This document shows positions 48,446 through 57,458 of a DNA stretch of 64,000 nucleotides, piece by piece (the first letter of the stretch is position 1; each line of letters begins with the position of its first letter). The position numbers and the translations under genes are program-made. The notes beneath the pieces are model-generated. The model worked only from the letters and a program-made list of their open reading frames with translations, had not been told where the DNA came from and ran no database searches. This DNA comes from Candidatus Marinacidobacterales bacterium (GTDB taxonomy: Bacteria > Acidobacteriota > Vicinamibacteria > Marinacidobacterales > SMYC01), in contig CBDCYI010000011.1 in the NCBI GenBank assembly GCA_965224085.1, forward strand, positions 544,001 through 608,000. Reading direction: 5' to 3'.

Positions 48446-49621
48446 ATGGGTCTCACCACCAAAGTCTTTCTCGGGATGGTCGGCGGCGTCGTCTTCGGAC
48501 TCCTCGCCCCGAATGCGGCCGTCGCCATCGACGTCGTTGGTGACCTCTTCATTCGGGCCATCCAGATGGTCGTCGTTCCTCTGATCCTGTTCTCCGTGAC
48601 CCTCGGGGTGGCGGAGATCCGGGACATGAAGACCCTGGGCCGCGCGGGTGTGGCGACGCTGCTCTTCGCAGCGGTGACGAATTCTCTCTCGAGCGTTTCG
48701 GGAGTTTTCGCCGGCGTCCTCGTCGACCCGGCGTCCGGGGTCACCGTTCCCGACGCTGCGCAAATGGTGACGCCCATCATGCCCTCCTGGAAAGACATCC
48801 TGCTGAGCGTCGTACCATCGAACGTCCTGGAAGCGCTCGCCGAAGGCAACGTCCTCGCCATCATCTTCTTCTCGGCGCTCCTGGGTGTTGCTCTCGTGTC
48901 CATCGGCGACAAGGGCAAACCTGTCGTCCAGTTCCTCCGCTCCGGCGCCGAGGTGATCTCTGCCATGATCCGGATAATCCTTCGCTTCGCGCCTTACGGT
49001 GTGTTCGTATTGATGGCGAGCACGATGGCGGAGGTCGGCACCTCGGCTCTCGCCGCCATGGTCAAGCTCCTCGCCGCGATTTGGATCGGTACCATCCTCT
49101 TCGTCGTGGTCTATTCGACCGTCGTGAACCTGGCGATCGTAAAGCGGCGCCCGATCGTTTTTTTCGAAGCCCTCGGCGATGTTTCCATGATGGGCATCGC
49201 CACCTGCAGCAGTATGGCGACCATGCCGCTGAACGTCGAGAGAACCCACGAGAAGCTCTCGGTACCCCGGGAAACCGCCGCCATGGTGATCGGTGCGGGG
49301 ACGTCGATCGTCAACGGCGGAAGCTCTTTCTATAAAGCCATCGGCATCGTCTTCGTCGCTTCGCTCTACGGCGTCGAGCTGAGCCCGCCTCAACTTTTGG
49401 TTGTTGCGGCGATCGCGGCGTTCCTCATCACGGCAGGCGTCCCGGCGGCTGGGACGCTCTCCATTGCGGTGGGCGCGTCCGCCATCGGCATCCCCGTCGA
49501 AGGGATTGCGCTCCTGATGGCGATCGACCGTTTGAGGGACATGGTCTCGACGTGGGGCAACGTCGTGATCCATTCCCTCGGTGCCACGTTCGTCGACGCC
49601 GTGGCGACGAAAAAGCCCTGA
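48446..49621 (+). CDS. Dicarboxylate/amino acid:cation symporter (DAACS/SLC1 family) with atypical motifs
   Basis: LFIRAIQMVVVPLI, PSNVLEAL, FAPYGVF, TCSSMATMP, AGVPAAG, AIDRLRDM. Confidence 0.9.
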   Translation: MGLTTKVFLGMVGGVVFGLLAPNAAVAIDVVGDLFIRAIQMVVVPLILFSVTLGVAEIRDMKTLGRAGVATLLFAAVTNSLSSVSGVFAGVLVDPASGVTVPDAAQMVTPIMPSWKDILLSVVPSNVLEALAEGNVLAIIFFSALLGVALVSIGDKGKPVVQFLRSGAEVISAMIRIILRFAPYGVFVLMASTMAEVGTSALAAMVKLLAAIWIGTILFVVVYSTVVNLAIVKRRPIVFFEALGDVSMMGIATCSSMATMPLNVERTHEKLSVPRETAAMVIGAGTSIVNGGSSFYKAIGIVFVASLYGVELSPPQLLVVAAIAAFLITAGVPAAGTLSIAVGASAIGIPVEGIALLMAIDRLRDMVSTWGNVVIHSLGATFVDAVATKKP

Positions 49622-49777
49622 GCAATTCGCGCTGCAGGAAGCGCTCCCGCTGGCCGTACCCGTTCACGAAGACGATCTCCGTCCCAGGCACCCTTGCCAA
49701 ACAGTTCGACAGGCCACAGAATACGCTGGGATCAAAGCCTCAGTAGAATCGGGGGCTCATATTTAGGAGGGAATGCC

Positions 49778-51283
49778 ATGATCCTCGAGAATTCAGGTAA
49801 CCGTCTGATTGTCATATCCGCCCTGGTTCTGGGTACGCTTTCGATTCCAACCTCACCCTCTGCCGGCGCGGTACAGGTCTCCGAGCAGGTGACGGCGATC
49901 GTAGGGGTTACCTTGATCGACGGAAACGGCGGGCCGCCCGTCCCGGACGCGACGATCCTGATCAGGGAGAACCGGATTGCAGAGATCGGCCCACGAGCTT
50001 CGGTCAAAGTCCCCCAGGGGGCCCGGGCGATCGACGGCAGCGGCAAGTACGCCACGCCGGGGTTCATTGACACGAATGTCCATGTGACCCCTCTAAGTGG
50101 CCAAACGACGTTCGCCCGCTACTGGGACCGGCTCGAGGACATCACCCTCCAGGGGGCGCAGCTTCAGCTGAAGTACGGGGTCACCACGATCCGGGACAGC
50201 TACGGCCCCCTGCCTCCCCAGATCAAGGTCCGGGACGCCATCGCCGGTGGCGAGGAGGTCGGTCCACGGATGTACGTTGCCGGCAACATCGTTGGCTGGG
50301 GAGGTCCTTACTCCGAGACCTTCTCCCGCACGAGCGAATCAGGGCTCACCCTCCTCGAAGAGCAGATGAACGACCTCTTCGCCCAGGGCACCGGGGAAGA
50401 GCTCCTGCACATGACGCCCAAAGAGCTCCGGGTGGCCATCAACGAGTACCTGGACAAGGGGGTGGACTTCATCAAGTACGGGGGGACCGCCCACTCTTCC
50501 TACCCCGCGCTCATCACTTTCTCTCCGCGCGCTCAGAGGGTGATCGTGGAGGAGACCCAGAAGCGTGGCCTGGTGGCGGAGACCCACTCCGCAACCGTGG
50601 AGGGGCTTCGGCTCTCTGTCCTGGCCGGGATCGACCTCATCCAGCATCCCCGAAGCCTCGGGCGGTCTAAGATGACAGACGAGCTGGTTGAGCTCATCGT
50701 GGAGCGGAGGGTCATTTGCTCCGGGCTGCAGAACACGATCACCGGGGAGGTATGGGAAGAACACGTCGAGAAGAGGGAGAAGGCGCTGAAAGAGCAGGAG
50801 GAGGCGGACCGAAAGAGGCGGCAATCGCCGAAGACCTCCGCTGAAGTCCGGCGTGAGCAGGAGGAGGCGGGGATCGTGCTGGAGGTGAAACGGCGGAACG
50901 CGAAGAGGCTCATCGAGGCCGGAGCCATCATCTCGGTTGGGACCGACAACACCGTATCGAGGGCCCCCGAATTCCGCCGGGAAAAGAAGAAGGAGCACCA
51001 GGAGCCGGGGATCGGGACCATCATCGCCATCGAAGGCCTCGTGGAGCTCGGCATGACGCCGTCGGATGCCATCGTGGCCGCAACGAAGAACGGGGCGCTT
51101 GCCTGCAAGGCCCTCGACGAGTTCGGAACGCTGGAGGAAGGCAAGCTGGCCGACATCCTCCTGTTGGGGGCGGACCCCCTGGCCGACATCTCCAATATCC
51201 GCAAGCTAGAGATGCTGATGAAGGAGGGCCAGATCATCGACCCGGAGAGCCTGCCCACCGTACGACCCTACGGGGAGTGGTAG
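49778..51283 (+). CDS. Exported amidohydrolase, NxH variant, subfamily C (AH15)
   Basis: AGGAGG RBS before ATG 49778, DTNVH, KYGGTAH, AETH, IQHP, GTDN. Confidence 0.93.
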   Translation: MILENSGNRLIVISALVLGTLSIPTSPSAGAVQVSEQVTAIVGVTLIDGNGGPPVPDATILIRENRIAEIGPRASVKVPQGARAIDGSGKYATPGFIDTNVHVTPLSGQTTFARYWDRLEDITLQGAQLQLKYGVTTIRDSYGPLPPQIKVRDAIAGGEEVGPRMYVAGNIVGWGGPYSETFSRTSESGLTLLEEQMNDLFAQGTGEELLHMTPKELRVAINEYLDKGVDFIKYGGTAHSSYPALITFSPRAQRVIVEETQKRGLVAETHSATVEGLRLSVLAGIDLIQHPRSLGRSKMTDELVELIVERRVICSGLQNTITGEVWEEHVEKREKALKEQEEADRKRRQSPKTSAEVRREQEEAGIVLEVKRRNAKRLIEAGAIISVGTDNTVSRAPEFRREKKKEHQEPGIGTIIAIEGLVELGMTPSDAIVAATKNGALACKALDEFGTLEEGKLADILLLGADPLADISNIRKLEMLMKEGQIIDPESLPTVRPYGEW

Positions 51284-51353
51284 CGATGATGTGGCGGTCA
51301 ACCGTGGCGAAAGCTAGTGCCCGAACCCGCTAGTACCCTGTAACGAATTAGCC

Positions 51354-53976
51354 CTATCGTTCCACACCGTCATCGGCTTGCCAGCGAGCTTTCCATGCCT
51401 CCGGCTGGTCGCGCAGGTGTTTGTCGAACCACTCCAGGATGATCGTGTCGCTGGTTTGCTGTACCGAGGGCTTCGAGTTGATCCCGTGGTTCTCGCCGTG
51501 GAACCGGACGAGCTCGGCCTCCCTGCCGAGCCCACGTAGCGCCGTGAACATCTGTTCCGACTCGGTGGGCACGACGTTGGTGTCTCTGGTGCCGTGAATG
51601 AGCAGCAGGGGTGTCCGTATGCGATCGGCCTTGAAGAGAGGGGAGCGATCCACGTACACGTCCCGCCGGTTCCAGGGGTAGCAGCCCGGACAGGTCCTAT
51701 CGGTGTAGCTGTAGCCGGTCCAGCCTGCGCCCCAATAGCCCGCAATGTTGCTGATTCCAGCCACCTCGACCGAAGCCGCGAAGAGATCGGTTCGGGTGAG
51801 CAGGTGCATGGTCATGAAACCGCCATACGAGCGTCCGAAGTTGCCGATCCGATCTCCGTCCACGAAGGGATGTGCCTCGACGAACTTGGTAACGCCCTCG
51901 ATGATGTCCGAGCCGGCCGGATAGCCCCAGTCATCGATGTGCAGGTCAGCAAACTTCTGGCCATACCCAGGCGCACCGGCGGGATTGAGCATGTAGACAA
52001 CGTAGCCATTGGCAGCGTACCAGAGGAGCCGTTCCTGGAACGACTTCTTCATGGCAATTGTCCCGCCGTAGTAGAAGACGATCAGCGGATAGGTCCGTGT
52101 CGGATCGAAGTCCGAAGGTGTCCAGTACCATCCCTCGATCTCGAAGCCCACTGAGTCGGTGAAGTTCCATTCCTCCCAGCCAGGCATTGCCACCTGAATC
52201 GAGGGCGCCGGCGGATGGCCGGAACAGTTCCGACGCCTCTCCGTCTGCAACTCGAATGCGGTAGATCACCTGCGGAGTGACTGGTGTCTCGAGCGCTGCT
52301 ACCAGCGTGCCCGCCCGGGCGTCATAGGCTTCCATAACCTCCGCCGGCAGGGGCAGGAGCTCGAGCGTCGTTCCCTCGAGCGACGCGGGCACCCGGTCGG
52401 CGGTCCGCGCAAGCACCGTCCTTGCCCCGTCCCCAGCCGACACATAGATCCGGCCATCGTTCTCACTCCAATGTATCTGCCGACATCCAAGTCCGGCTCC
52501 CACCGTAGGGACGAACCCGTGGCTGAGGTGCTTCAGCTGCGGCTGGTCGATGGAGGTGGCGTAGAGCTCCATCTCGTAGACGCTGAACTGGGGATCCTCC
52601 TTCTCGAGGAGCTCCTTTGCACTGCCACAGAATGCCACCGCGCTGCCGTCGGGGGCCCAGGCGAAGGTTTCGGGACCATTGAACGACTGTTTCCCCAGGT
52701 CCAAAAGCTTGCGCGAGGAACGGGTTCCAAGGTCAAAGATCCAGAGCTCGCTCTGCAGGAAGGGACGCTCGGGGGAACGGACGTTGCGATTGAAGATCAT
52801 TCGTTGGCCGTCGGGTGAAAGGGTCGGACCCTCTATCGAGTAGTCCGGGTCACCGGCGAGCTCGATCTGGGTGCCCTCATCGACGTTCAACGCGAACAGG
52901 TAGGCTCGGTCGCGCCAGAAGCTCCACCGGTGCCAGACCTCGGTGAGGCGCTCGATGCGTCCGGAGTCACCCGGTTCCTCTCGCTCGCCTCCCGTGGCCG
53001 TGAAGTAGAGCCAGTCGCCGTCGGCGGACCACTGGACGTCCTGAAGGCCAGGCTCGTTTCTGAGCAGCCGTACACTACCCCCACCTCCCGGCCGCCACAT
53101 CCAGAGATCGCGCCCATCGCCGTCGTCCACGTCGGTTCGTGTGGCGAAGGCCAGCCGAGTCCCGTCGCGCGACCACCTCGGACTGTACACCTGGTCGGTC
53201 AACCTCAGCTCTTCGACCAGGCGACCGTCGGCCAACTCACGTACCTCGACATGCGAGACCCGCCGATCATTTTCCCGGTCCTCGGCCCGCAGCAGGAAGG
53301 CCGCACGTCGTCCGGTCGGGTCCATCTCGATCTCGGTGACCTGGCGAAGCTTGCCCAGATCCACTAGTGAGAGCGGGCGACGGGGATCCAGGGAAACCTC
53401 GATCCCGGCGCCGGGTGTCAGCCCATCCAGTCGCGCCGAGATCTCCCATTTTTCCGCTGCCTCTTCAAGTGGAGCCGTCTCTACCAGGAGCCAGTGTTTT
53501 CCCGGCACCAGTACCAGCTCCTCGTCGTCACTCACCTTCGACCCGTCTACCCAGATGATTCTGGCTCCTGCGCCGGTTACCGTGAGCTTCGCCTTTTGCC
53601 AACGGTCGATCTCGAGATAGGCTGCCGCGAACGCGACGCCGGGCCTCTCGTCGGACTCGAGGCGGAGAGCGCCATCTACCGTGCCTTGGCGTGCCCATTG
53701 ATAGCTGTCACCAGCCAACCAGCTCACCCGATCGCCTGCGGCCGGCCACTTCGACTCGAAGGAGAGCTCTACGCCAGCCATGGACCCGGCTTTGCCGTCC
53801 GGTCGAGAGGCGGAGCTCGAAACCGGAAGGGGCCCCAGCAACAGCCACTCGTCGATCACCGTTTGCCCCTCGGCGGGACTGGCACCTGTCCACACGCCTG
53901 CCAGGAGCAATGGCAAGAGCACGCCAGCCAAGGTCAACTTGCATCTTCCCCGAAGCTTCAGGCTTTTACTGAACAT
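51354..53976 (-). CDS. S9 family peptidase with an extra N-terminal domain; split by a 1-nt frameshift at ~52198 (error or pseudogene)
   Basis: Propeller in ORF 51946-54021; catalytic domain (YYGG, FGRSYGG, HGTRDTNV, GENHG) in ORF 51354-52250. Deleting one base joins AGALD to QVAMPGWEEW. Confidence 0.82.
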
Positions 53977-54191
53977 CGAAACCCCTCCTCTGTTGCGTCT
54001 TGGTGACGACAAGTGCCTCAAAACGGCTCAAAAGTCAATTCCGCTCTCGACCGCCAGGTGACTGCACCCGATTGCTGCCGACATGGAAATGTCCTATCTT
54101 CTTCCCTTGGACATTGACTAAAACGTCAAAAAAAGCGTGACCGCATTTACCGTAGCGGGTGGGACAAACGCTCGCTGGGAGGAGAGTTTCA

Positions 54192-57100
54192 ATGCTCTCG
54201 TATCGAATGATCGTAATCCGCTCTCTTCTCGCCGTTGGGTTTGTCCTTGCAGTCGGTTCGACGGCCGCCGCACAGGACGAGGAAGGGCTTCCGCTCGAAA
54301 CGACCCGGGTCATTGAGTTCGACACCGACGAGGGGACATGGATGAGTGTGGACGTCTCCCCGGACGGTACTCAACTCGTCTTCGATCTGTTGGGTGACCT
54401 GTATCTGCTGCCTATTGCCGGCGGCACTGCCCAGCGCATCGCGGAAGGCCCAGCATTCGATTTCCAACCTCGTTTTTCTCCCGACGGAACGCAGATCGTG
54501 TTCGTGAGCGACCGCAACGGCACTGAAAGTCTCTGGCTGGCCAATGCCGATGGGAGCGACCCTCGCGTCATCGTGACTGACACGAGCAGCCTCGTCGGAT
54601 CACCAGCCTGGTCGCCGGACGGCGAGTTTCTCGCGGTGCGGAAGGGTGTATCGAGTTTGAATCTCAACGAACTGTGGCTGTACCACAAAGACGGCGGAAG
54701 CGGAATCCAGGTCACCGACGGAGATGCACCCATGCGATCCGTCGCGGGGCCCGAGTTCTCGCCAGACGGCACGTATATCTATTTCTCGAGCAGCGCCCAG
54801 GGACACCGTTACAACGCGGACCTGGGGCATTACCAGGTCAGCCGTTACCATCGTGACAACGGCGACATCGAAACGATTACGGGGAACTACGGCGGTGGCC
54901 TGAGGCCCGTCCTTTCGCCTGACGGTCGCACGCTCGCTTACGTCTCCCGAGACGAAGCCCACTCGACCCTGCGTATCCGCGACCTCGAGACGGGGAGCGA
55001 GCAGCAGCTGGTCTATCCGCTCGACCTCGACGAGCAAGAGGGCTTCGTGTGCCGTGATCTCTATCCGGGTTACAGCTTCACACCGGATGGCCAGGCGATC
55101 GTGATCTCGTTCGGCGGGAAGTTCCACCGAGTCGACGTCTCCTCCGGGGAAGCCACACCGATTCCCTTCACCGCGCAGGTGCGCCAGGAACTCGCGCCGC
55201 TCGTCCACTTCGAGCGAACGATTGAAACTGGACCGGTGAAAGCCCGCCAACTCCGCTGGACGAACCAGTCTCCTGACGGAACGCGACTGACGTTCGGAGC
55301 TGTCGGACAAGCGTGGATCATGGATCTGCCCGACGGTTCACCCCGCCGAGTGACTGAGAGAAGTGAAAGGGAGTACACACCCAGCTTCTCGCCCGACGGC
55401 GACTGGATTGCGTACGTGAGCTGGACTGATGCAGAAGGAGGGCACCTGTGGAAAGTCCCGGCCGTCGGGGGGACTCCAATCCAGCTGACACGGGTGCCGG
55501 CTTTCTATCATCGTCCCACCTGGGCACCCGACGGAAGCAAGATCGCGTTTGTCCAAGGCGCGGCTCGTGCATGGCTCGCTACGGATCCGAGCGACGTGCA
55601 GCAGATCCGCTGGGTCGACGCGCAGGGTGGGCAATCGCACCTCGTCGTAAATTCGCCTCTGCCCCCGGCAATCCGCGGTTCGGTTCAGAGACTCACGTTC
55701 AGCAGCGATGGGCAGCGAATCTACTACCTGGATGCCGAGCCGCCGCCCCCCCCGTCGCTGGCCTACGCTCCCGGGAGGCTGGTCCTTCACTCTGTACGGT
55801 TGGATGGTGCCGATGCGCGGGAGCATGCCAAGCTCGTCGGTGCCGAGGCCGCGGTTCCTTCTCCTGACGGGAAGTGGGTGGCGTACACCGTCCGGGGGGA
55901 CGCCTATCTCGCGCCGCTCCCGCGTGTGGGCGAAGTCGTCACCCTCGACCTCGAGTCGCCCGCAGTGAACATTCGCCGGCTTACGAATGAGGGCGCGGGC
56001 AATCTTCGTTGGGAGAACAGTGGACAGACGCTCACCTGGCGATTTGGCAACCGCTTCTATCGCTCGAGGCGAGAGGACGCCCTCCAGGCAACGGACGCAC
56101 AAGAGCTTGATCCCACCGAGTTCGTTATCGACTTGCAAGTCCCCCGCCCGCGGCCCCAGGGGCAGATCGCCCTGCGCAACGCGCGCATCGTCACCATGCG
56201 CGGTGACGAGGTCATCCCGGTTGGCGACATCGTGGTGGAGGACAAGCGCATCGCCGCGATCGGGGCAAGCGGTTCCGTGGCGATCCCTGACAACGCCCAC
56301 GCGATCGACGTCAGCGGGAAGACAATCGTTCCCGGGTTCATCGACATGCACGACCACCTCCGATTGCCCGGGGAGGTCATTCCGCAAAGGAGCTGGTCGC
56401 TGGCAGCACATCTCGCGTACGGGGTGACCACTGGTTTCGATCCCTCAGCCAACACCAAGGCCGTCTTCGCCAACGCCGAGATGGTCGAGGCCGGACGCCT
56501 GCGCGGGCATCGAATCTACAGCACGGGTATATCGTTGAACCCGCGTAGCGCGAAGATCGAGAGTCTGGAGGACGCGCGCCACATCGCGCGACAGTTCAGC
56601 GAACACGGGGCGATCTTCCTCAAGGAGTATTTGCAGCCGCGTCGCATTCAAAGGCAGTGGCTGGCGATGGCCGCACGCGAGGAGGGCGTCTCGATCACGG
56701 CTGACGGCGGCGGCGATCTCTTCTTTGACATGACGCATATTCTCGATGGTTACACCGGGTACGAGCACAGCATGCCCGCCGTGCCGCTCTACCGCGACGT
56801 GATCGAGCTGCTGGCGCGCAGCCAGACCTACTACAGCCCCACCCTCGGGGTAGAGCTCGTCGGTCCTTGGGGTCAGCACTACTTTCGGCAGCAGAGAAAT
56901 CTGCACGACGATCCCAAACTCCGTCGTTTCACCCCCAAGGAGGTCCTCGACCGAAGGACACATCGTGGGCTGTGGTTTCGGGATGAGGACTTCCGCGTCG
57001 TCCAGGTAGCCGAGCAAGCGGCAAAACTCGTTCACCGTGGTGGCTACGTGGTCCCCGGAGGACACGGCGAGCAGCAGGGCATCGCTACCCACTGGGACAT

Positions 57101-57416
57101 CTGGTTCCTGGCGATGGGTGGATTGAGCCCGCTCGAGGCTTTGCGGGCGGCCACCCTTTCCGGGGCAGAGCGGCTCGGGCTGGACCAGGATCTGGGGTCC
57201 TTGGAGACCGGAAAGATCGCCGATTTCGTCGTTCTGAACGGTAATCCGCTCGATGACATTCAGCGGACCACCGACATCCTCTATGTCATGCACAACGGCG
57301 AGCTTTTCGAGGGAGAGACCCTCGATCAGATCTGGCCCGAGCGGAGGGAATTCGGCGAGTTCTACTGGGAGACGGAAGCCAAGGAGCTCGAAAAACGACG
57401 AGACTCTCACCCATAG
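54192..57416 (+). CDS. TolB/PD40 beta-propeller-amidohydrolase fusion, exported
   Basis: TDEGTWMSVDVSPDG, SPDG blades, PGFIDMHDH, LKEY, GYEH, PGGHG, GKIADF. Confidence 0.92.
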   Translation: MLSYRMIVIRSLLAVGFVLAVGSTAAAQDEEGLPLETTRVIEFDTDEGTWMSVDVSPDGTQLVFDLLGDLYLLPIAGGTAQRIAEGPAFDFQPRFSPDGTQIVFVSDRNGTESLWLANADGSDPRVIVTDTSSLVGSPAWSPDGEFLAVRKGVSSLNLNELWLYHKDGGSGIQVTDGDAPMRSVAGPEFSPDGTYIYFSSSAQGHRYNADLGHYQVSRYHRDNGDIETITGNYGGGLRPVLSPDGRTLAYVSRDEAHSTLRIRDLETGSEQQLVYPLDLDEQEGFVCRDLYPGYSFTPDGQAIVISFGGKFHRVDVSSGEATPIPFTAQVRQELAPLVHFERTIETGPVKARQLRWTNQSPDGTRLTFGAVGQAWIMDLPDGSPRRVTERSEREYTPSFSPDGDWIAYVSWTDAEGGHLWKVPAVGGTPIQLTRVPAFYHRPTWAPDGSKIAFVQGAARAWLATDPSDVQQIRWVDAQGGQSHLVVNSPLPPAIRGSVQRLTFSSDGQRIYYLDAEPPPPPSLAYAPGRLVLHSVRLDGADAREHAKLVGAEAAVPSPDGKWVAYTVRGDAYLAPLPRVGEVVTLDLESPAVNIRRLTNEGAGNLRWENSGQTLTWRFGNRFYRSRREDALQATDAQELDPTEFVIDLQVPRPRPQGQIALRNARIVTMRGDEVIPVGDIVVEDKRIAAIGASGSVAIPDNAHAIDVSGKTIVPGFIDMHDHLRLPGEVIPQRSWSLAAHLAYGVTTGFDPSANTKAVFANAEMVEAGRLRGHRIYSTGISLNPRSAKIESLEDARHIARQFSEHGAIFLKEYLQPRRIQRQWLAMAAREEGVSITADGGGDLFFDMTHILDGYTGYEHSMPAVPLYRDVIELLARSQTYYSPTLGVELVGPWGQHYFRQQRNLHDDPKLRRFTPKEVLDRRTHRGLWFRDEDFRVVQVAEQAAKLVHRGGYVVPGGHGEQQGIATHWDIWFLAMGGLSPLEALRAATLSGAERLGLDQDLGSLETGKIADFVVLNGNPLDDIQRTTDILYVMHNGELFEGETLDQIWPERREFGEFYWETEAKELEKRRDSHP

Positions 57417-57458
57417 CGGTATCGTCCTCGGAGACAACTCGATCCGCGCCGCCGAAAT

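Noticed and set aside
49621-49710. Minus-strand GDRLRERVRPAGALPAARIA resembling a Ser/Thr kinase fragment
   Set aside because: Too short, and it has no catalytic motif.
8997-51283. Integron cassette array as the cause of the tandem genes
   Set aside because: No attC-like sites or intI were seen, the genes lie on both strands, and several have their own promoters.
51314-51352. CTAGTACCCTGTAACGAATTAG as a possible IS end
   Set aside because: No matching second end or transposase is nearby.
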